A stretch of 46,956 nucleotides of DNA, from assembly GCA_040255765.1 (NCBI GenBank), contig JBDZVP010000004.1:1-46956 (forward strand), given 5' to 3'. The notes under the pieces are model-generated. The model had not been told where the DNA came from, did not search any database, and saw nothing but the letters and a program-made list of their open reading frames with translations. This document shows positions 29,823 to 39,856 of the stretch, piece after piece. The translations under genes and the position numbers were made by a program. How positions within the stretch are numbered: position 1 is the stretch's first letter; every line of letters begins with the position of its first letter. Source of the DNA: Sphingomonadales bacterium. GTDB taxonomy: Bacteria > Pseudomonadota > Alphaproteobacteria > Sphingomonadales > Sphingomonadaceae.

Positions 29823-31767
29823 GCTGGAGTGCGGTTGCGACCGCGGATGCCAGCGCACCGACGGTGAACGGCTTTCGAAGGAGCTCGTGTCCGACCAACG
29901 TGTCGGTTTCGCTGTCGCCGACATAGCCGGTGACGAACAGCACCGCGAAGTCGCTCCGCTTTTCCTTGAGCACCTTGATCAGCTCGGGCCCCGTCATCTC
30001 GGGCATGATCACGTCGCTGATGACGAGGTCGAAGGGCCGGCTGTCGAACATCCGGATCGCTTCCTCGCCATTTTCGCAGGCGACCGGTTCATAGTCGAGA
30101 TCCTGCAAAGCCTCGACCGTTGAGGACCGCACCCGGGGGTCGTCTTCGACGAGAAGGATTCGAGCGCCGGGCACCCGCTCTTCCTCGTTCACTCGCTGGG
30201 ACGCCGGGTGGAGCCGAACCGGGGCTTCGGCAACGGTTCGCGGAAGGTAGACGGATACGGTCGTGCCCTTGCCGACCTCGCTTTCGATCCCGACCTCACC
30301 GCCCGACTGGTGGGCAAAGCCGAAAATCTGGCTGAGTCCCAGGCCCGTGCCCTTGCCGACCGGTTTGGTCGTGAAGAACGGTTCAAAGGCGCGCTCCATC
30401 ACCTCCGGCGGCATTCCGCAACCGCTGTCGGTGACCGCGATTCGGACATAGTCGCCCGGACGAATGTCGCCGACTTCGTTTGCCGAAACCTTAACATTGG
30501 AACTGGTGATGGTCAGGCGGCCGGCACCCTCCATCGCGTCGCGTGCGTTGACCGCAAGGTTCACGATCGCATTTTCGAGCTGGTGAGGATCGACATAGAC
30601 CGGCCAGGTGTCGGGCGCGAGCTGAACCCGGACCCGCACCCGCTCGCCCAGCGTGCGGTCGAGGAGGTCCGACATGCCCTCGATGAGCCCAACCGGCTCG
30701 ACCCGTTCGGGCAGCAAGGGCTCCGACCGCGCGAAGGACAGCAGGCGCCGGGTCAAAGCGGCGGCTCGTGTTGCGCCCTCCATCGCGTTGTTGAGATGCG
30801 CGACGATTTCGCGGCGCGGCCCGTTCAGGCGGCGGCGAGCAAGGTCGATCCCGCCGACCACCACGGCGAGCATGTTATTGAAATCGTGCGCGATCCCGCC
30901 GGTCAATTGGCCAACGGCTTCCATCTTCTGGACCTGGCGAAGTTGGGCCTCCGCCGCCTCGCGCTCGGCGGCCTCGGCCTTCAATGCCTGGTTGGCTTCC
31001 CAAAGCTCCTGCGTGCGCTCGCGAACTGCGCTTTCGAGCGCCTCGGCCCGCTCCGATTCCGTTTCCGCTTCGCGGCGCGCGAAGGTGAATTGGCGGATCG
31101 CCTGAACCGCGACGAGGCCGAGGACGATCGCTCCGATCCCGACAAGGACTCCAAGCCAGCTGAGGTAATCGGTGAGCCGGTCGGCTCGCGCCGAGAAGAA
31201 TCGGGTCTGCTGCATTCGCTGCTGGAGGATGTCGCGCTCGCTGTCGGCAATCTCGCGAAGCTTTCTGTGGAGTTGCGCCTCGAGCGGCGGGTTCGCGTTC
31301 GGGCCGACAGCCGCATAATAATAGCTGATTCCGTAATCGCCCTGCCGCGCCGTAATGATCCGAGCGACCTGGTCGAAGCGGGCGCCGAGCTGGTCGTAGA
31401 GCTTCTGAAGCTCGTTGAGCCGCTGAGTCTGTTCCGGATTGGTTCCGGCAAGCCGCTTGAGCTGGGCGAGTTGCTGCCCGGCAAGGCGCCAATAGCTCAG
31501 ATAGATGTTGCCGCTGGTCTTGACGTCTTCGTCCAGGGCAAACCGCCCCAAAGCGGCCTCCGACCGCGAAATGCTGGCATCCACGGAACGCGTGAGCAGG
31601 GTGACATCATAAGCATGGCGCTCCAGCTGAAGCGCCTGGTCGCGGTCCTCGTTGGACATTGCGACGAGGAACACGAGGCCGAGCAACATCAGCACCGCCA
31701 TCAGCGCCCCGGCGGCTGCGGCAACCCGCCTCCAGTCGAACCGGATTTCCTCCACGCCCGCTGTCAT
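29779..31767 (-). CDS. Hybrid sensor histidine kinase (CHASE3-like periplasmic domain, HisKA, HATPase, REC)
   Basis: Two TM segments, GGIAHDFNN, NLAVNARDA, FFTTK..GKGTGLGL, receiver VEDD..SDVIMP..KP. Confidence 0.92.
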   Translation of the reverse strand: MTAGVEEIRFDWRRVAAAAGALMAVLMLLGLVFLVAMSNEDRDQALQLERHAYDVTLLTRSVDASISRSEAALGRFALDEDVKTSGNIYLSYWRLAGQQLAQLKRLAGTNPEQTQRLNELQKLYDQLGARFDQVARIITARQGDYGISYYYAAVGPNANPPLEAQLHRKLREIADSERDILQQRMQQTRFFSARADRLTDYLSWLGVLVGIGAIVLGLVAVQAIRQFTFARREAETESERAEALESAVRERTQELWEANQALKAEAAEREAAEAQLRQVQKMEAVGQLTGGIAHDFNNMLAVVVGGIDLARRRLNGPRREIVAHLNNAMEGATRAAALTRRLLSFARSEPLLPERVEPVGLIEGMSDLLDRTLGERVRVRVQLAPDTWPVYVDPHQLENAIVNLAVNARDAMEGAGRLTITSSNVKVSANEVGDIRPGDYVRIAVTDSGCGMPPEVMERAFEPFFTTKPVGKGTGLGLSQIFGFAHQSGGEVGIESEVGKGTTVSVYLPRTVAEAPVRLHPASQRVNEEERVPGARILLVEDDPRVRSSTVEALQDLDYEPVACENGEEAIRMFDSRPFDLVISDVIMPEMTGPELIKVLKEKRSDFAVLFVTGYVGDSETDTLVGHELLRKPFTVGALASAVATALQPTEPPRSSAGAGAR

Positions 31768-31816
31768 GACGTCACCCTAGCCGTCTCTTCGCGGCGGCGA
31801 AAGGCGCGCTGCTCGT

Positions 31817-33016
31817 TCAAATGCAGCCGGTCGCCCTCCCCGCGGCTCCGAACATCGCAAGAATCTCGTCGACCTGCTCGCTCGAGTGCGCGGCGCACAG
31901 GGAGCAGCGGAGCAGGGTCATCCCGGCCGGAGTCGCCGGCGGGCGGGCGAGATTGACGTAGAGCCCTTCCTTGAGGAGCGCTTCCCACATGGACCCTCCG
32001 GTCTCGAGGTCGGGCATGATCACCGCGATGATCGCCGACTGGGGCTCGTCGGTTCCAAGCGTGAAGCCGAGCGCCTTCAGGCCGGCGTGAAGCTTCTTCG
32101 AATTTTCCCACAGGTGAGCGCGCTTGTCGGCGCCTTTCATCAGCTTGCGGATCGAGGTTGCAGCGGTGGCAACGACGGAGGGCGGAAGCGAAGCGGTGAA
32201 GACGTAGGGGCGACAGACCAGCCGAAGAATTTCGAACTTCGGGTGGTTGGACACGCAGAAGCCGCCGACCGTGCCGACCGATTTCGAAAAGGTGCCGATG
32301 ATGAAGTCGACGTCGTCGATGACGCCCTGGGCTTCGGCGACTCCGCGGCCGTTCTCGCCGATGAAACCCATCGAATGGGCTTCGTCGACCAGCACCATCG
32401 CGCCGTTCGCCTTCGACACGGCGACCATCTCCTTCAGCGGGGCGATGTCGCCGAGCATCGAATAAACGCCCTCGAGGACAACCAGCTTGCCGGCGCCTTC
32501 GGGGATTCGCTTCAGCCGTTTTTCCAGAGCCTCGATGTCGTTGTGGCGGAACGGCACGATCTGTGCGTTGCCGAGCGCGCAGCCGTCGTAGATCGATGCA
32601 TGGCTGTCGATGTCGAGGACGATGTAATCGTCCTTGCCAGCGATCGTGGAAATGATCCCGAGATTGGCCTGGTAGCCCGTCGAGAAGACCATCGCATGGT
32701 CCATCGAGTAGAAGTCCTTCAGCGCGTCCTCGCAGGCCTTGTGGCCGGCATAAGTGCCGTTGAGGACCCGGCTCCCGGTGGTGCCGGAGCCGAACTCGTC
32801 GAGGGCCTTCTTTCCCGCGGCGATCACGTCCGGGTCGAAGGTCATTCCCATGTAGTTGTACGTGCCGAGAAGGATCGTCCGGCGGCCGTTGCAGATGGCG
32901 ACGGTGGGGCTCTCGACCCGCTCCATCACCAGATTGAACGGGTCGGTCAGCCCGGTCGAAAGCAGCTCCTCGCGCTGCTGGATCAGCGGGTCGAACTTGG
33001 AGAAGAGGTCGTTCAC
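31817..33016 (-). CDS. spt: Serine palmitoyltransferase
   Basis: GTYNYMG, GTTGSRVLNG, STGYQANLG, DEAHS, GTFSKS (PLP Lys); adjacent ACP. Confidence 0.95.
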   Translation of the reverse strand: MNDLFSKFDPLIQQREELLSTGLTDPFNLVMERVESPTVAICNGRRTILLGTYNYMGMTFDPDVIAAGKKALDEFGSGTTGSRVLNGTYAGHKACEDALKDFYSMDHAMVFSTGYQANLGIISTIAGKDDYIVLDIDSHASIYDGCALGNAQIVPFRHNDIEALEKRLKRIPEGAGKLVVLEGVYSMLGDIAPLKEMVAVSKANGAMVLVDEAHSMGFIGENGRGVAEAQGVIDDVDFIIGTFSKSVGTVGGFCVSNHPKFEILRLVCRPYVFTASLPPSVVATAATSIRKLMKGADKRAHLWENSKKLHAGLKALGFTLGTDEPQSAIIAVIMPDLETGGSMWEALLKEGLYVNLARPPATPAGMTLLRCSLCAAHSSEQVDEILAMFGAAGRATGCI

Positions 33017-33255
33017 GCCTGCATCTTCTTGAGCGCTTCGGCGAGCTGGCCGATGGTCTCGATTTCGGCCTGCATATTGACCGGGATCAGAACATCGAAC
33101 TCGTCTTCCACCTCCGCGACGAAGTTGAGGACGGTCAGGCTGTCCCATTCCAGGTCCTGCTGGAAGCGCGTTTCCGGAGTTACGGCCACACTTTTCGTAT
33201 TGAAGATATCGACCAGCGCCTTCACGCGCACGTAGGTTTCGTCGGTCTCGTCCAT
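33013..33255 (-). CDS. Dedicated sphingolipid acyl carrier protein
   Basis: DLEWDSL phosphopantetheine site; stop overlaps the spt start (GTGA). Confidence 0.9.
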   Translation of the reverse strand: MDETDETYVRVKALVDIFNTKSVAVTPETRFQQDLEWDSLTVLNFVAEVEDEFDVLIPVNMQAEIETIGQLAEALKKMQA

Positions 33256-33327
33256 CTGTCTCGCCCTATTCGCGGGGCCGCCGTTTCGCAATGCAATGGG
33301 GCGCGAATGCGGCGGCTTCGGGTCCGG

Positions 33328-35279
<1,952 letters not shown>

Positions 35280-35324
35280 TTAGAGTGGAGTGATGGGGAG
35301 CGCTACTTTTGCGGGACGGCGTGG

Positions 35325-35483
35325 CGTCACGAAGTAAATTCGTGACGTCGATCGGGTTCGGCTGCGCCGACCCGTCGGCCGGCTTTCGCGCTCTCTTCGC
35401 GCAGCTTGCGCTCGGGCGCTCAAGCGACTGCCCTCGCTGGCGCCGGGACGCCAGCGAGGGAGTCCACGCGCGGACCTGGGCCG
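35325..35483 (-). ncRNA. Candidate structured RNA element, copy 1 (uncharacterised)
   Basis: 12-bp stem CCCTCGCTGGCG/CGCCAGCGAGGG, core shared with 38277-38339, additional hairpins at 35325-35347 and ~35354-35373. Confidence 0.55.
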
Positions 35484-35618
35484 TGCGTGAAAACGCTTAA
35501 CGGTCGCGACTCGGCGCGAAAACAACGCCCCGGTTCGGCAACCAGCTACAGCAGTCCTTGACCTTCAACAATCGTTTACCGCGGCCCGCCGCGATGAAAT
35601 TCGACGAGCGGATGGTGC

Positions 35619-38228
35619 CTAGAAAGCCTTTCGTATCTCAAGCTCGATCGTTCGGCCCAGCGGATCGCGATAGGCTGGCTGGTACTGGCGCGGCGTACCG
35701 CCCTGGAAATCGCGCACGCGCTGCCGATCGTTCAGCAGGTTAACGACGTCGAGCGAAACGCGCACACCCTTTGCCCAGGCGGAGTTCGGAAGGAAGCGCC
35801 GCGCATTCGCGAACAGGCGCATGTTGACGAGCAAAAGCGACGAGAAGCGAAGTGTGTCACTAACTCCGCCGATGTTCGTGTCGAGCTTGCTCGCACCGCG
35901 CCACGTCACTCCGACGCGCGCTCCGAGACCTCCCGATGTCAGTGCGGCGGTCCCGTCGACCTGGTGACGAACGCGTCCGCCGCCTATCCCAAGCGCGCCG
36001 CCGCCAAGGAGGTCGACCGTGTCGAGGCCGGGGCGGATCAGCAATTTGTCGGAAAAGACGACCGTGTGGTTGGCGCTGAGCTGAAGATAGGTCGAAGGCG
36101 TCCGTCCGCGCGCAGGTGCGGCGGCCTCCCCCTCATCGCCCGAGTCCGAATCCGCAGCCGATCCACCCTTTGCGCCCGGCCCGAGAATATTGCCGCTGGC
36201 GAGCTTTGCCCGCATGCTGACTCCCCAGCGCAGCCTCTTCTCACGATGCGAATCGAAGTTGATCGGGCGGAGGTCGACCGTCGTCAGGTTCCCGTCGGCA
36301 TCCCGGATGAAGCGGTCGGGAAAGGCGAGCATGACCGGCACGCTCGCCGGCGGAAGCGCGGAGAGGTAATTGCGGGCGTCGGTGTCGGTATATTCGGCGG
36401 TGAGCTGGAGATTGTACCGGGGCAGCAGCTTGAATGTGCTCGAAACGCGTTTGATTTTCAGCTTCTCCGGGCGGAGCGCCGGGTTCCCGCCGGTGATCTG
36501 GCTGACGTCCACCGTTTCTCCCGTGAGCGGATCGAAGACCCGGACATCCGAGACTTCGACTACTGGGTCGCCAAGCACCTGCATCGAGGGCGCTGTCTGG
36601 CTGTCCTCGATCGATCCGCGCAGTTCGACGGGCGGAATCGGTTGCCACGTCAGTCCGAGCGCCCAGCTATCGAGGGCGCCGGCGTCCGAAACATGGGTGG
36701 TGCCATATTCCGCGTTTGCGGAGAGCATTCCGATGGCCCCGAGCAAGCCGACTCCGGGGGCGGCGATCGGGACGTCAAGCGCGCCGCGGATCGCTTGCTC
36801 GTGCCGGCGGAAATCCCGATTGCTGCTGGCGAAGAAGGAGCTTCGCGAGTGGAGCCGGTACCAAGACAGCCGCCCGTCAATCGTCGCCTGCAAAGGTCCG
36901 GCGGGGAGGTTGGCGATCGGTCCGACAAAGGAAAGCTCGGCGGTATCCGAGATATTCCGCGACCTGGCCCGGTCAGAGGTGATTCCGATCAGGCCGGAAA
37001 GATCGGTCGCGAACGGGTTGAGATCATCGTCGAGCCGGACAAATCCAAACGTCGACTGCCGGTCGGTGTCGATGACATCGCGCGATTCCAGATGGCCGGC
37101 GTTGAGATTCCCGACCCACTGACCGAAGCGGCCATTAAAGGCGATCCGTCCCTCGCCGTTATCACGTGCGTAGCGGGACCGAAGCGGGTCGCGGCCATAG
37201 TATAAGAGCGAGACGTCGGTCGAAAACGGCGAGGAGCTATTGTCCGCGGGCAGCTGAAACAGGCCGGAGGGCAAGCCGCGGAGCGCCCGGTTGACATTCC
37301 TGGTCAGCCGGACGCTCGCGTTCGTCGACAGCCACGGCGCGAGCCGGGTCGCAAACGTCCCGTTGAAATCGTAATTGCGCACTCTTGGGCGAAGGGTTCT
37401 GAACCGGCCGAGATCGGTCGAGTTGGGATCGTTGGCGACGCCCAAGAAATCGCCCAGCGCCGGCGTCGGAATAGCCAGGACCGGAACGGCCGTCACGACT
37501 TCCCCGGCGAGCGCACTCAGCAGCGGGTCGATTTCGCCGGACGTGTCCGGATATCCCGCGATGTTGCCTTCGAGGGCGTAGGGCCGGATGGGCGTGGGCT
37601 GGATAATTCCGCGCTCACTTTCCAGAAGCGAGGATTCGCCGCGTACGCGAAGGCCCAGGTTCGCGCGCGTGGCCCCGCGGATATAGGTCGCAAGGGCTTC
37701 GCCGCGGCCGGCGTGCCAATCGCCGTCGGTGGCCGTCTTCGCGGCGCCGGTGAGCGTACCGGCTCGCATCTTGCGCTGGAGGGTCAGGCTCAGCACCCGC
37801 TGGCCGGTCGAGCCGCCCAGACGGACGGCCGAGCCTCGCGGGAGCACCTGGAGGTTGCGGATCGCTTCGACCGGGAAGGCTCCGATGTCCTGGAGTCCGT
37901 TCACCCGCTCGCCATTGACGAGGATCATCGGCTCGACGTCGTCGCCAAAGTCGCCCTGGACCTCGTCGAGGAGTTCGTCGACCGTGCTCACGCCATAACT
38001 GTCGATGGCGTCGCGATCGAGGTTGGCTTCCGGCGATACGTCGCGGAACAGCGCCTGCCCGACGATCAGGATTTCCTGGTGCTGCTGGTCTGTAGGTGTC
38101 TGTGCGGCGGCGTCGGAAGAGTCTGCTGCCGAAGTGTTCGCCAAGAGCGGCGCTGCCGTGCCGGTCAGCAGGAGCGCAATGATCAGGCGCGATCCGCGCC
38201 GGCGCTGGTGGAGCGGCCCATTATTCAT
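35619..38228 (-). CDS. TonB-dependent receptor-like outer membrane barrel
   Basis: Signal peptide, EILIVG box, plug-like ILVNG..PVEAI...VL, GGNP.LRPE, C-terminal GRTIELEIRKAF. Confidence 0.8.
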   Translation of the reverse strand: MNNGPLHQRRRGSRLIIALLLTGTAAPLLANTSAADSSDAAAQTPTDQQHQEILIVGQALFRDVSPEANLDRDAIDSYGVSTVDELLDEVQGDFGDDVEPMILVNGERVNGLQDIGAFPVEAIRNLQVLPRGSAVRLGGSTGQRVLSLTLQRKMRAGTLTGAAKTATDGDWHAGRGEALATYIRGATRANLGLRVRGESSLLESERGIIQPTPIRPYALEGNIAGYPDTSGEIDPLLSALAGEVVTAVPVLAIPTPALGDFLGVANDPNSTDLGRFRTLRPRVRNYDFNGTFATRLAPWLSTNASVRLTRNVNRALRGLPSGLFQLPADNSSSPFSTDVSLLYYGRDPLRSRYARDNGEGRIAFNGRFGQWVGNLNAGHLESRDVIDTDRQSTFGFVRLDDDLNPFATDLSGLIGITSDRARSRNISDTAELSFVGPIANLPAGPLQATIDGRLSWYRLHSRSSFFASSNRDFRRHEQAIRGALDVPIAAPGVGLLGAIGMLSANAEYGTTHVSDAGALDSWALGLTWQPIPPVELRGSIEDSQTAPSMQVLGDPVVEVSDVRVFDPLTGETVDVSQITGGNPALRPEKLKIKRVSSTFKLLPRYNLQLTAEYTDTDARNYLSALPPASVPVMLAFPDRFIRDADGNLTTVDLRPINFDSHREKRLRWGVSMRAKLASGNILGPGAKGGSAADSDSGDEGEAAAPARGRTPSTYLQLSANHTVVFSDKLLIRPGLDTVDLLGGGALGIGGGRVRHQVDGTAALTSGGLGARVGVTWRGASKLDTNIGGVSDTLRFSSLLLVNMRLFANARRFLPNSAWAKGVRVSLDVVNLLNDRQRVRDFQGGTPRQYQPAYRDPLGRTIELEIRKAF

Positions 38229-38276
38229 TTTGCCTGTGCCCCCCAGAAAGGCTGCGCGAGGATAGGAGGTAGTGAG

Positions 38277-38339
38277 TGGCCCTGCGCGCTACCCTGCCTG
38301 GCTAGGCCAGGCAGGGAGTCCACGCGCGGTTCTGGGCCG
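38277..38339 (-). ncRNA. Candidate structured RNA element, copy 2 (uncharacterised)
   Basis: Minus strand GGCCC-AGAAC-CGCGC-GTGGACT-CCCTGCCTGGC-CTA-GCCAGGCAGGG-TA-GCGCG-CA-GGGCC nested stems. Confidence 0.6.
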
Positions 38340-38347
38340 CTAGTGAA

Positions 38348-39070
38348 TTAGATTTGCGGGATGTTTCCGCTCGGGATCGTTCCGCCCGCGGCCGCACTGG
38401 CGGCAGCACATTTGCTCGGATCGAATCCGTTCTTGCCGGTCCAGACGCCGCCCTTCTTGCCGGGGCTGATGCAGATCAGCGCATTCACTTCCTGGCCATA
38501 GAGGGTGATTGGACCATTGTTGGTGTCGAACCCGTTCGGGCCGGCAGTCTGGTCATGATCGACGGCGGTGTTGCCGGTGGTCTGCAGTCCGGGCGGCTCG
38601 ACCAGGTGGCCGCCACCGTTGATCTTCCAGACGTGGCAGCTGACCGTGATGGTCCGCTTCGTGTTCTGGATCGTGGTATATTCCTGCGTGCTGTTCGGAT
38701 AGGTCAGCGTGGCCTGGCCGTGACCCCAGACATTGGGGCTGCCGCCGTTCCTGAAGTAGCTGCCATCGGCGATGAAAAAGCTGCCGGTCGGGGTTCCGGT
38801 GACAACCGGATCGCCGACGTTCTGGTCGCGGACCGGAGCGCCGTCATTGACCCAGCCGCTGTCCTGGACGTCGGTCGGTTCGGTCTGGAAGCCCGATGCG
38901 GCGGCCGGCCGAAGAGCTTCGTCGCAGATCGCCTGCGCGTCATAATCGCCGTCGAGGGTGACGGGAGTCAGGACGGTACTATCGCCGTCGTCGGCATATG
39001 CCGGCGCCATGAAAACGGGAGTTAATGCGGATGTCAGGACGGCTGTCGCCGCCAATAGTGCGCGTTTCAT
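38348..39070 (-). CDS. Secreted protein of unknown function (240 aa, 4 Cys, G/T/N/D-rich)
   Basis: MKRALLAATAVL...PAYA signal peptide, GGGGA SD, GC3-rich codons. Confidence 0.8.
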   Translation of the reverse strand: MKRALLAATAVLTSALTPVFMAPAYADDGDSTVLTPVTLDGDYDAQAICDEALRPAAASGFQTEPTDVQDSGWVNDGAPVRDQNVGDPVVTGTPTGSFFIADGSYFRNGGSPNVWGHGQATLTYPNSTQEYTTIQNTKRTITVSCHVWKINGGGHLVEPPGLQTTGNTAVDHDQTAGPNGFDTNNGPITLYGQEVNALICISPGKKGGVWTGKNGFDPSKCAAASAAAGGTIPSGNIPQI

Positions 39071-39160
39071 TTGGATTCCCCAAATTACCCGGTTGAGTAT
39101 GTCAGCCGGCGGGTCACCCAGAACGACTCGCTGGTGAATTTGCATTTACCGGCGAGTAAA

Positions 39161-39203
39161 TAACGAATTAAGTTATCGTAAGTTAACCACTAACGATAGT
39201 TAG
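39161..39203. promoter_or_regulatory. AT-rich array of TAAC/GTTA boxes, putative response-regulator operator
   Basis: CTAAC-GATA-GTTAG palindrome, TATC-GTAA-GTTA variant, TAAGTTA repeated 10 bp apart. Confidence 0.55.
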
Positions 39204-39241
39204 CTCCGTTTGGTGTTTCGATTCGGGATTCACCGCCCGCA

Positions 39242-39856
39242 CTAGCTTCCAACCCATTCCGCGGCCCGGATCGCGAGCTCCGTGCGGTTGGCGACGCCGG
39301 TTTTCTCGAACACGCTGTGGAGATAGACTTTCACCGTCCCCTCGGTAATTCCGAGACGGTCGGCGATGTCCCGGTTGCGCAGGCCTTGCCGGACCAGCTG
39401 CACCAGTTCGGTTTCGCGTGGCGAAAGCAGCGACCTGTCGCGCGCCGCCGTGGGCCGCGCCGCCTCTTCCTGGATGTTGCGGTCGATCCATTCGTCTCCG
39501 GCTCGAACGGAATCGAGACAGTCGATGAGGAGCGCCGGGTCCGACGTCTTCAGAAGAACGCCATCGACCTTGAGGCTCAGGGCTTCGGAAAACCCGGTTT
39601 CGTCGAGCGAGGCGGTCAGGAGCACGACCTTGCGGTTGTCGCCGCTGGAGCGGAGCTGCCGAAGCACTTCAATGCCGCTCCCGTCCGGCATCTGGATGTC
39701 GAGAACGACGATCTCGGGATCGTGCTCGGCGATCTCCCGGAGCGCCTCGTTGCCGCTGCTCGCCTTGGCGACGAGCTTGTAATCGCTCCCGCGAAGCATC
39801 GCCTCGACGGCGGCCTGGATCATCGGGTGGTCATCGGCGAGCAGGATTTGAGTCAC
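39242..39856 (-). CDS. NarL/LuxR family response regulator
   Basis: ADDHP, LDIQMP, LSPRE..GLRNRDIA..LGITEGTVKVYL. Confidence 0.95.
   Translation of the reverse strand: MTQILLADDHPMIQAAVEAMLRGSDYKLVAKASSGNEALREIAEHDPEIVVLDIQMPDGSGIEVLRQLRSSGDNRKVVLLTASLDETGFSEALSLKVDGVLLKTSDPALLIDCLDSVRAGDEWIDRNIQEEAARPTAARDRSLLSPRETELVQLVRQGLRNRDIADRLGITEGTVKVYLHSVFEKTGVANRTELAIRAAEWVGS

Noticed and set aside
35280-35525. 81-aa ORF across the structured intergenic region
   Set aside because: TTG start, Arg-rich composition, no motif; better explained as non-coding structure
35457-38329. 17-bp direct repeat as att sites or a target-site duplication of a mobile element
   Set aside because: No integrase or transposase present, and compensatory stem changes argue for structural selection instead
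35431-38339. Repeat pair as a CRISPR array
   Set aside because: Only two copies 2.9 kb apart, no spacers, no cas genes
39168-39187. Full CtrA box upstream of the secreted gene
   Set aside because: The TTAA half-sites are 11 nt apart, not the required 7
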